Source: Octopus vulgaris (lineage: Eukaryota). Taken from it: a stretch of DNA of 64,000 bases. A program made the position numbers and the translations under genes. Below are positions 51,806 through 64,000 of the stretch, in pieces; position 1 is the stretch's first letter; every line of letters begins with the position of its first letter. The notes beneath the pieces were generated by a model that was not told where the DNA came from, made no database searches, and worked only from the letters and a program-made list of their open reading frames with translations. Location: positions 107,632,001 to 107,696,000 of the forward strand of contig OX597820.1 of assembly GCA_951406725.2 (NCBI GenBank), in the 5' to 3' direction.

Positions 51806-53214
51806 TGTTGTTGTTGGCATCCTTTTTGTCTCGGGAGACAATGGAGTTGCGCATAAAATAATCTAGTCCAGCTTTTACATTTCATGTCCTAATACATCTC
51901 CTGCTGTGGCTGTGTAATCCTATCCTGGACAAACACTCCCTCTGGCAGGTGCCGCAAATGTAGCGGAGACTTTGCCTGGCTGGTTGTAATGTCATAGTTT
52001 CTTGTTGACGTCTTTTCTTGTCTTTCCATTTCTCCTCTCTTTCTCTCTCTGTCACTCCTTTGTGTTCCCTCTTTTACGGTACGTCGCCAATATCCACGGT
52101 TGCTGGCAACTGCTTCCCAGTTGGTAATATTGATGTCGCAGGCATTCATGTCCCTTTTGCAAACATCCTTGTATCATAAGAATGGTCTTCCCACAGACCT
52201 AGTACCCCTAGCAAGCTCTCTGTTGAGTGTGTCCTTGGGGATTCTGCCATCTTCCATACGGCTAACATGTCCAAGCCATCTCATACGTCTTTGTGTGAGG
52301 AGTGCAAACATGCTTGGTATTCCTGCTTGCTTGAGGACATCTTTGTTGGGGACATGATTTTGCCATTTGATGCGAAAGATTTTCCGGAGGCAGCACAGGT
52401 GAAAGATATTTAGGTGACACTCTTGGCATGTGTATAGTGTCCAAGTCTCACTTCCATACAGTAGAGTGCTAAGTGCACATGCCTGGTAAATCTTCATTTT
52501 TGAGGTCTTGGTCAGCTTATTGTTGTCCCATGCCCGTTTGGAGAGTTGGGACATCACAGCAGCTGCCTTGCCAATGCGTATATTGAGCTCAGCATCAAGG
52601 GATAGGTTGTAGGTGATGGTAGAGCCAAGATAGGTAAACTTCTCTACCTCCTGTAGTCTGTGGTCTCCAATATGTATGTTTGGGATGTCCGATGTAGCCT
52701 GACCCATGATGTTGGTCTTCTTGAGGATGATAACTAAGCCAAAGTTGATACATGCTTGCTCAAAACAGTTGATGAGCCTTTGTAGGGCTTCTTCTGTGTG
52801 TGATACCAGAGTGGCATCATCAGCAAATAGCATCTCCTTGATCAGGATGCTTCTGATTTTGGTCTTGGTATGCAGACACGAGAGATTGAACAGTTTCCCA
52901 TTACTTCTACTGTGCAGAAACACTCCATCATCTGATGTCTCAAAGGCATGTGACAGCAGCAGCGAGAAGAAGATGCCAAATTATGTAGGAGCAAGGACAC
53001 AACCTTGCTTTACCCCATTTTTTATTTGGAAGGCGGCTGATGTTGAACCATTGTACTGTATGGTGCCTTGCATATCATCATGGAAAGATTTGATGATCCT
53101 CAGCAGCTTTGGTGGACATCTGATATTTTGGAGCAAGATGAAGAGGCCTTATCTACTTACCAAGTCAAAGGCCTTTGTCAGATCAATGAAGGCCATATAT
53201 GGCATTTTCTACTC
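51806..53214 (-). mobile_element. BovB-like RTE LINE fragment
   Basis: FIDLTKAFD, KQGCVLAP, MLFADDA, FTYLGS, LLYGSETW, RWLGHVSRMEDGRIPK; (CAA)n tail. Confidence 0.9.
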
Positions 53215-53314
53215 NNNNNNNNNNNNNNNNNNNNNNNNNNNNNNNNNNNNNNNNNNNNNNNNNNNNNNNNNNNNNNNNNNNNNNNNNNNNNNNNNNNNNN
53301 NNNNNNNNNNNNNN
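53215..53314. other. Assembly gap (100 N)
   Basis: Run of N. Confidence 1.
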
Positions 53315-53591
53315 TCCAGGTTTCTCAGAGCACTAGGCCACTTGGTGTTGAATAGATATACTATTAAATTAGTATCTAATTCTCTCACCCTTATTAATTA
53401 ATTACACATATATATATACATACATATATATATACATACATATATATACATATATATATATGTATATATATATACACATATCTGTATATACACATATATA
53501 TATATACATATATATATATATACATATATATATATACACATATATATATACACATATATATATACACATATATGTATATACACATATATAT

Positions 53592-56500
53592 GATTGATTG
53601 ATTGATTTATTCTAGTTTCAGCTTATGAGCTGTGGCCATGCTGGGGCACCGCCATTTGGTGTTGCTACTTGGTTTCACTCCATGAAGGCTTTCTAGCAAC
53701 TGCTATTTGGTGCATGAGAGAGTTCGATGCAGCTGCCCTCATCTGCCCCTCCTGCTGTGAAGTTGGTTTATCTGGGACACCTGACAGGAAGAGATCCAGC
53801 TTCATTTTAAAGACATCTGCATCCACCCCATGCAGGTCTCTCAGGTTCTTCGGGAGGATATTGAAGAGCTGTGGGCCTCGGGAGCCCAGGCTATCAGAGA
53901 ATCTTGTCCTACATCTTGATGGCAAGTTTGGAGTCCTAGGCACCACGCAGTGGCGCCTAGTTCTGGCATTTGCGTAACTCTCGATGCCAAAGTTCAGGAC
54001 ACTTCCCTCCAGGATCTTCCAGATGTATATTATGGCATATCTTTCCCGCCTACGCTCCAGGGAATATAGCTTTAATCTCTTGAGTCTTTCCCATTAGCTT
54101 ACATTCTGCATAGAGGCTATCTTCTTCGTGTAGCTACGTTGATCGCCTCGAGCTCAGTGATCAACTTGACACTGGATGGTGACCATAACTGAGAGCAGTA
54201 GTCAAAGTGGCTCAGGACAAGTGTCCTCAAGAGGACCATCATGGTTTCTTGTTCTCTTGTTCTAAAGGTTCTGAGGATCCATCCGGCCAGTCGTCTACAT
54301 TTCATTGCCAATTTAGCAACATGTACACGAAAGGTCGCGTCATCACTCATGTAAATACCTAGGTCACGCACTAATTGTGCCTCTGGGATTGCTATTCCTC
54401 CGGGTCCAGTGTATTCATTGGGTATTGCATTTAGTTTTGCATGCTGATAGTATAGAGCTTGAAACTTTTCAGCATTGAACTGCATGCTATTCTTTTCGGC
54501 CCACTTGTATATTTTGTCTAGCTCACATTGCAGGTGTTTAGTGTCCTCAGGGTTCTGTATTGCCTGTGAAACTTTTGTATCATCTGCATAACTTGTGATC
54601 GTGGCTCTCTGCGTGGCTGAGGGCATGTCTGAGAGGGCCATTATGAACAGTAGTGGTCCCAGAACAGTGCCCTGCGGAACACCGCTCACTATTTGCGTGT
54701 TAATGGAAGTGGCCACTACCACCTGACTTCTATCTTTCAGAAAGTCATGAAGCCATTCTCCCAGTTTTCGAACTATGTTGAGGTCACGCAGTTTGTGACG
54801 TATCATTCCATGATCGACTTTATCAAAGGCCTTTGCAAAGTCGAGATATATCACTTCCACATTTGAGTGGTTGAGCAGCCGTTTCAGCACCCAGTCATAG
54901 TGTTGTAGGAGCTGAGTTAAACAGCTTCTCCCTGTTCGGAAACCATGTTGGGTGTCGGGCAGCAAGTCATTTTCTTTAAGGAAGGTGATCAGCTTCCTTC
55001 TGACTATTCGTTCCATGACCTTGCTGATGTGTGAGGTCAGAGAGATAGGTCTATAGTTCTTGGCTTCCGCTCTGCTACCTCCTTTATGAATGGGGCATAT
55101 TTTACCTTCCTTCAGTTTTCTTGGAAGTTTGCCAGCTGCAAGGAAGCTCTGAAAGAGGAACTGCAGTGGTCTTGCTAGGACTCTCTTACATGCTTTTAGG
55201 AGGATTGCCGGGAATCCATCGGGGCCAGTAGCTGAGTCTGTTTTCATTTCATCTATAGCCTTTATTACATCGTCTTCCTTTATATCGATGTAATCTATCG
55301 TCGCCGCCTCTGATTTTATATCTGCAGTGGTAAAAAAGTCAGTTGGATTGGTGATTTGGAGATGCCCAAGGGGTGGAGTGAAAACACTCTTGAATTGCTC
55401 ATTCAGTATTTCACTTACCCTATTGGTTTTCCTGTAAGTGTGCCATCCTTTTCGAGGAGTGGCCCTATTCTACAGTGCACCGTAGCTGTTTCTTTGGCAT
55501 ACCTGTAGAAAGCTCTGGGGTTAGATTTTATGTTGTCTATAGCCCAGGCTTCTTTGTCTGCTCTTTCTTTTTCATGGGAGAGTTGTAGACATTTTTCGAT
55601 TTCCAACAGTTTTATTTTTAGGCGGGACTTTTCACTGCTTTCAATCTGTTTGTTTAGGCGATTTGAAAATTTTGTACGCCGTCTCATTAAAATTTTCCTC
55701 TCTCTGGGGATTTTGTTCTTGTGTACAATGGCCTTTCTCTCTGGGACACATTTGTAGCATATGGCTTGCATTACAGACATGAATTTTTGAAGTTTCACGT
55801 CGATGTCTGGCGAGGAGAGACATTTAGGCCAGTTTTGTTTGAGGATCTCTTTTCAATTTGTTTCCAGTTTGCCTTATGGTAGTTCAAGCTGGAAAGATTC
55901 TGAGGGTTTCTTGTAGGCTGCATGTCCGTGCTCTCTTTTGGCCCGTACATGGTCAGCTCTACCATGTTGTGATCCGAGAGTAGTGTCGGTGTCACTTTCA
56001 CATTATGGATGAGATCCATGTCATTTGTGAAGCAGAGATAAAGTGTGTTACCTGCCCTGGTTGGTTGGAGTATTACCTGTTCCATGTACAGGGTGTTGAT
56101 GAGGTTCAGGAGGGACCTCGCCTGTCCTCATTCACATCTTGTCATCCCTGGGAGAGAAAGGCCCTCGGGCCATCTGACATTTGGCAGATTGAAGTCTCCC
56201 ATAAGAAGTACACTTATGTGTTGTTCTAATGTGGTTAGAACTTCTTCTATTTTTATAAGGTAGTCTTCAAACTTGCCTACATGGCTTGGGGCATCTGGAG
56301 GGCGATATGTAGCACACACAACTACATCAAGTTGCCTAATATGTACAATTAGTGTGTCACACACCAAGTTTGAGTATGACAAGAGGACCTGGGGTGTGAG
56401 GTCCTCACGGATGTACATAGCAACACCTCCATGACTCCTTTCTTTCCTGTCGGTCCGTAGTACAGCATACTGTGGTATGTGTAACTCCGCATCTGCTATA

Positions 56501-56710
56501 TCCGGTTTCAGGTGCGTTTCCGTTAGTGCTATGCATAAGGCTTGATTGCATGCAACAAAATCTCTCAGGAACGGGATTTTTGTCCTGTTACTGAGTGTTT
56601 GCAGTCCTCTGATGTTCAGTAGGAGCATCAAGGTGAGGTGTACGTTTTTGCCGGTGGTGTCCATCCTGGGTCTGTTTGCTGTGGTGGTCTGGTATATAGT
56701 GGGTAGTCAT
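53592..56710 (-). mobile_element. CR1-clade LINE, near-complete ORF2 (APE + RT) with frameshifts, (AATC)n tail
   Basis: EN: NIRGL, LTETHL, GGVAMY, YRPP, MGDFN, SDH; RT: YLDFAKAFDKV, GVPQG, YADD. Confidence 0.95.
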
Positions 56711-56895
56711 ACATATATGTATATACACATATATGTATATACATATATATACACATATATATATATACACACATATATATATATACACATATATATATAT
56801 ACACATATATATATATACACACATATATATACACATATATATATATACACATATATATATATACACATATATATATATACACATATACATATATA

Positions 56896-56929
<34 letters not shown>

Positions 56930-57330
56930 TACACATATATATATACATATATACACATATATATATATATACACATATATACACATATATATATATATAT
57001 ATATACACATATATACACATATATATATATATACATATATATATACATATATACATATATATACACATATATATATATATATATATATACATATATACAT
57101 ATATATATACATATATATATACATATATACATATATATATACATATATACATATATATATATACATATATACATATATATATATACATATATACATATAT
57201 ATATATACATATATACATATATATATACATATATACATATATATATATATATGTATACATATATATGTATACATATATATGTATACATATATACATATAT
57301 ACATATATACATACATATATACATACATAT
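56710..57330. repeat. (TA)/(TACA) microsatellite
   Basis: Visible simple repeat. Confidence 0.97.
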
Positions 57331-57801
57331 CTCTTATTATAAAAGGCAGATTTTATCTGCCTCCCTTTGGGAGTTATACAAATCTACAATATAGGATTTC
57401 TTCAATTACAATTTACCTGGCATTTTTAAGAGTACAATGCATCGCGTCATGCCAGGTCCAGTTTTTAAAATTTAAACTCCAATTAAGCAAAATTTACAGA
57501 AAACTCACATTCTGGTGTGTGTGTCAAATGCTTTTCTTAGTCTGGTTTACACCACACGCAAACGCACACACACAGTGGGCAACGAATAAAATGAAAGTAA
57601 ATAGCGGACAGAGTGATTTGAGGAAGACTAAAGTGAAAGTATTCTGTCTATGACGATGATAGATACATGAGTAAAATGTATGGGAAGCTAAGAGCTAAGA
57701 GTGAGTGAAAATGTTCTTGGAAGAGAGTAATTAGTAATAAAGTAAACATACACTCATACATACATACATACATACATACATACATACATACATACATACA
57801 T

Positions 57802-57834
<33 letters not shown>

Positions 57835-58109
57835 TACACACACACATACATACACACACATACATACATACATACATATACATACATACATACATACATA
57901 TACATACATACACACACACACATACACACACACACAGTATTGAAGCTTGAGAACAATCAGATACATTTGCAACACATCTGTTGAAAATATTATTGTTCAC
58001 ACACATACATATACATATATACATACAGACAGACAGACAGACAGATAGACACACACACACACATGATCCAGCATGGCCACAACCTCAAGGCTGAAACATA
58101 TAAAACAAT

Positions 58110-58480
58110 AACAGAATATAAATGTGTGCAAAGTACAAGAAATATTAATGCAGTATATGGGGATTGGACAATAAGCGTAAGGCAGTGTCAATGGTGGTTC
58201 CAGAAATCCCGAGCCATAAACTACAGCCTAGAAGACGAGCCTCATCCTGAAAGATCTGTAGAACTCGACAAGGACATCCTGAAAACCCTGGTGGAACAAA
58301 ATATCATCGTAACTGTTGAGGAACTAGCAGAGAAGCTTGGATTTGGTCATTCAACCATTCATTGACACCTGTGTGCTATCGGAAAAGTCAGCAAATTGGG
58401 TCAATGGGTTCCTCACGAACTTTCCGAGTCTAATTGCATGCAGAGAGTGAATGTATGCTTTTCTTTGCTGTCATATCTCA
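58110..58480 (+). mobile_element. Mariner transposase N-terminal fragment
   Basis: RNINAVYG..WFQK..LEDEP..TVEELAEKLG..WVPHELS. Confidence 0.85.
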
Positions 58481-58500
58481 CCACTACTGCGCTATGTATA

Positions 58501-59137
58501 TCTATATATATAAAACTGTAGTTGTGTGAGTGTCTGTCCCCTTCGATTTAGATTCCTAACTACTCCCACATTTTGCGGTACAGTTTAACCAAATTCGGGT
58601 AGCTTATAGTCGTGATTCATATCGAGCCCGTCTGAATATTAGCGCGCGTCTACGATGAGTCTACGATTTTAAAAATAATTTAACATCATTTTTTATTCCA
58701 TTTTAATGCATAATTTTTCGTGTGTCGATGGCGGCGGAGTTGGCGTCCACGCTCACACCTGCACCTGTGGGGAAGGGAGTGTAAGGAAATCAACGTCGTA
58801 ATGCGTTGTCAAGGAGACCAGTGTTCTTTTAGAACAACGACTTCATGGCTTCAAGACACCAAAACAGAAATGGCTAAGAAAGCGTCTACATGAGTCTACG
58901 ATTTAAAAAAAAATTTACCATCGTTTTTTTTCCATTTTAATGCATTTTTTCGCTATTATATGAGGGAAGTAACTCTCTAAAAATGTCTACGATGAGTCAA
59001 CGATTTTTAAAAAAATTTACCATCATATTTTTTCCATTTTTAATGCATTTTTTGCTATTTTTTGGCTATAACTCTCTAAAAATGCTTATATAGTTATTTC
59101 CCTTACAAACCCGAGCAACGCCGGGCGATACTGCTAG
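58501..59137 (+). mobile_element. Complete non-autonomous Helitron
   Basis: A|TC 5' end; CCCG..CGGG hairpin then CTAG|T; three internal ~60-bp repeats (~58649, ~58885, ~58986). Confidence 0.88.
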
Positions 59138-59562
59138 TATACATATATATGTATACATATATACATATATACATACATATATACATACATATATATATAT
59201 ACATACATATATACATATACATACATATATACATATACATACATATATACATATACATACATATATACATATATATATATACATACATATATATATATAC
59301 ATATATATATATACATACATATATATATATACATACATATATATATATACATATATATATATACATACATATATATATACATACATACATATATATATAC
59401 ATACATATATATATATATACATACATATATATATATATACACATATATATATATATACATACACATATATATATATATACATACACATATATATATATAT
59501 ACATACATACATATATATATATACATACATATATATATATATACATATATATATATACATAC

Positions 59563-59594
<32 letters not shown>

Positions 59595-59810
59595 ATATAC
59601 ATATATATATATATACATACATATATATATATATACATACATATATATATATATACATACATATATATATATACATACATATATATATATATACATACAT
59701 ATATATATATACATACATATATATATATATATATATACATACATATATATATATATACATACATATATATATACATACATATATATATACATACATATAT
59801 ATATACATAC

Positions 59811-59843
<33 letters not shown>

Positions 59844-61645
59844 CATACATATATATATATACATATATATATATACATACATATATATATATACATATAT
59901 ATATATACATACATATATATATATATATACATATATATATACATACGCACATACATACACACACACTCACACCGCACGTACATACTTCACACACACACAC
60001 ATGCACACATACATGTAGGCACATACATACATACATACCCACACATGCACACCCGTACACTGAATGCACACACATATACACCTTTTTGCATCCAGGCAGC
60101 CCCCCCCTCTTTTCTGCTTTCCGGTTTTGGCTGATAGACCCTCGGTTCCCGCGTAGCGGGGCGTTCGAGGGCCTATGCGCTCGCGCGCCTTGGCGCGCGC
60201 TGGGGGCTCGGTCGGCCCCTTTGGGCTTGCGTTGTACTGCTTGTGCGTTGTGTGTGTGAGCGCGCTTCGTGTGTGTGGGCTTGCTTCGGATGTGCGCATG
60301 CGTATGTTTGCATACATACCCACACACTCGCATGCATCCCTACCCACATACATACACGCACACCTACTCACACACACACACACACACACACACATACCCG
60401 CACACACACACACATACATACATACACACACATACCCACTTCAGACATACACACACACAGACATACACCCATACACTCACACTCACACGCATACACACAC
60501 ACACATACACACGCACACTTACACATACACACACACACACACCTACATACATACATTACACTTGTATACACACACACTTACATTCATACACACACACACC
60601 TACACAGCCATACCCTCACTCAGACACACACATCTACCTACACACACACACAAACACACACTGACACACACCCATACATACATACATCTACACACTCACG
60701 CCTACACACATACATACACACATACATAAACACACACACATACACATACACACACATACGCACACACGCATATACTTATACACACACACACACATACATA
60801 CATACACCCATATACATACACACACACATACCTACATACTCCTATACGCACATACATACACACAGACACACACATACACACTCACACAAACATACACACA
60901 CACATACTTACACACACACTCACCTGCACGCGCACACACATGCATGACAAACACCCATACACTCACACTCACATACGCACACACCAACATAAACACGCAC
61001 ACGCACACACACACCTACACTCCCACACACATACACACGCACCTACATACACACACACGCATACACACATACATTACACACGTACACACACACCTACATA
61101 CACATGCATACACACACACACACAAACATGCACGGACACACCCAGACATACATACATACACCTATATACACACGCCCACACACCTACATACACACACATA
61201 TACACACCCACACACAGCTACATACACACACATACATACACACATACACGGACACACCCATACATACTTACATACATACACCTATACACACACGCCTACA
61301 CACCTACACACACACATGCATACACACACACATGTACGCACATACACACACACATATACGCACATACATATATACCCACACACATGCACACACACACACA
61401 CGCACATGCATGCACGCATGCACACGCGCACACCTACAGGCATACACACACACACACGCACGTACACATACATACATACACACACGCATACATACACCCA
61501 TACACATACATGCATCCTACACACACATACATACACACTCACACATACATACACACACACGCACTCACTCACACACCTGTATGTTCGCGCACACACATGC
61601 ACATACACACACTTCCCCACACCCACACGTACATACATACACACT

Positions 61646-61676
<31 letters not shown>

Positions 61677-62350
61677 GGACATACATCTATGCACACACAT
61701 ATATACACACATACTCACATACATTCATCGGACACACTGCCACCCAGACATACACACAGACACTCACACATCCACACACACACATACGTACGCGCACACT
61801 CGCAGGCACGCGCACATACGCGCTTGCGCCGGTTCGCGCACGCATGCGCTCCACATGCACCTCGCCCTTGGACCCGACGAGACCTCCCGCCCGTTCCTGG
61901 GATGTCGCTTGTCGTTGGGTTTTCCCACGCCCGTCTCCGCGGGACCACTCTTCCATCTTCCCCTCCGCTGGAGTCCTTTTCCTTAAACCCCCCCTTTTTC
62001 GTTACACACACGCGCACACATATACACACATTGCTTAAACATATACATTACTCTTACACACATTCAATCTACTCGCCATTAATACTACCACGACACTGGA
62101 CACACACACACACTACTACTCAACACACGCTGGCACGCTACATACGCCCCCACCACTTCCCCTCCCTCCCTTCCTCCTTCCTCCCTTTTCTTACTACTGA
62201 CCTTTGTCTGCTATGCAGCTGCTATGCTGACCACCGTCTCGCCCTACCTCACACGCCTACACACAGACGCACACACTAACACATACATATATTTTTTGTT
62301 TTTTTATCTCGCCTCACACACACACATACACACACGCACACGCACACATA
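59138..62350. repeat. TA then CA-rich microsatellite mosaic with GC-rich inserts
   Basis: Visible simple repeats. Confidence 0.95.
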
Positions 62351-62529
62351 CACACACATCTGTTGCGTTACCAACCTTGTCTCCACTCTTTTGCCTTTAA
62401 AAACCCACTTTGCTCTTGTTATCGTAAACATCCGCCTTTCACCATGTGTAACTCCTAACACCAGTCGTTTTTTTCTCTATCTCCGTTGCCCGCTCTGGGA
62501 TCTTTCTTTCCTCTCTCTTCCTTCTTTAT

Positions 62530-62564
62530 GTTTCCGACGAAGAGCTCCGCTCGAAACGTCATAC
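62530..62564 (+). ncRNA. Minimal hammerhead ribozyme motif in a PLE-type tail
   Basis: GTTT-CCGACGA-A-GAGC-TCC-GCTC-GAAAC-GTC-ATAC; followed by an AT-rich tail into (TA)n. Confidence 0.7.
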
Positions 62565-62654
62565 CTCCCTGCTTCCATTTCCTGAGCGCCTATTAATAAT
62601 AATACTGTAATTGTTCCATTGTTGTTGTTTTTTGTTTCCCGTTTGGATTAAAAT

Positions 62655-63091
<437 letters not shown>

Positions 63092-63093
<2 letters not shown>

Positions 63094-64000
63094 AAGAATG
63101 GCTGGCAATAAGGGCTGTACAGGCTCTATACAGAGAGGCTGTTAGCAAGGTTAGGATTGGCAACGAATATAGTGAAGAATTCCGAGTAGAAGTAGGTGTG
63201 CACCAGGGCTCAGCCCTCAGTCCCCTTTTGTTCATCATAGTCCTTCAAGCAATAACAGAGGAATTCAAAACGGGATGCCCCTGGGAGCTCCTCTATGCCG
63301 ATGACCTAGCTCTCATAGCAGAATCACTACCGGAACTAGAAGAGAAATTTCGGGTATGGAAGCAAGGGTTGGAATCAAAGGGCCTTAGAATAAATGTAGC
63401 AAAGACCAAAGTATTAGTAAGCAGCAAGAGGTACTCAACACACATCCCCTCGGGTAGGTGGCCCTGCTCAACCTGTAGGAAAGGTACAGGTAGAAACTCC
63501 ATAAGATGCACCCAATGTAAGTTATGGACACATAAGAGGTGCAGCAACATTAAAGGGAAATTAACAGATAAGATAGCTTTCATGTGCGGCAGATGCACAG
63601 GGACAATAGACACAACAGACACTCAGAAAACAGATTCCATCACACTCCAGGGAGAGAAACTAGAAGTAGTTGATAGTTTCCGCTACCTGGGAGACCAAGT
63701 TAGTAGCGGAGGTGGATGCACAGAGAGTATCACCACTAGAATACGAATAGCCTGGGCAAAGTTCAGAAAGCTCCTACCCCTACTGGCAACAAAAGGCCTC
63801 TCCCTCAGAGCAAAAGGTAGATTATATGATGCATGTGTGCGAACTGCCATGCTTCACGGTAATGAAACATGGGCTGTGACTGCAGAAGACATGCGTAGAC
63901 TTGAAAGAAATGAAGCTAGCATGATCCGCTGGATGTGTAGTGTCAGTGTGCACGCAAAACAGAGTGTAAGTATCCTGAGAGAAATGCTGGATATAAGAAG
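63092..64000 (+). mobile_element. RTE LINE RT fragment with PHD-like insert (divergent subfamily), runs off the window
   Basis: [38 protein letters not shown]. Confidence 0.92.

Overview
Repeat-saturated, AT-rich eukaryotic (metazoan) DNA with no intact host gene recognisable. The SINE/LINE repertoire and dense TA/CA/TAA microsatellites look cephalopod/octopus-like (inference). It is a mosaic of decayed transposable elements: a complete IR/DR Tc1 element, a near-complete HERO-type RLE retrotransposon, Penelope-like elements (PLEs), CR1, RTE (with an internal PHD-like finger), BovB-like RTE, R4/Dong-like fragments in (TAA)n, Tx1-like, Gypsy (tRNA-Trp primed), mariner, maT, hAT and Helitron pieces, tRNA-derived SINEs and a 100-N gap. 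The most striking signal is a set of at least seven distinct minimal hammerhead-ribozyme (HHR) motifs, read by eye and mostly within short fold-back PLE-derived insertions. One is a TSD-flanked ~400-bp element joining a tRNA/Pol III head to an HHR-bearing PLE-type tail, a candidate Penelope-mobilised SINE. A local ~780-bp inversion splits both a CR1 and a Gypsy. Most ORF-track entries are microsatellite artefacts.
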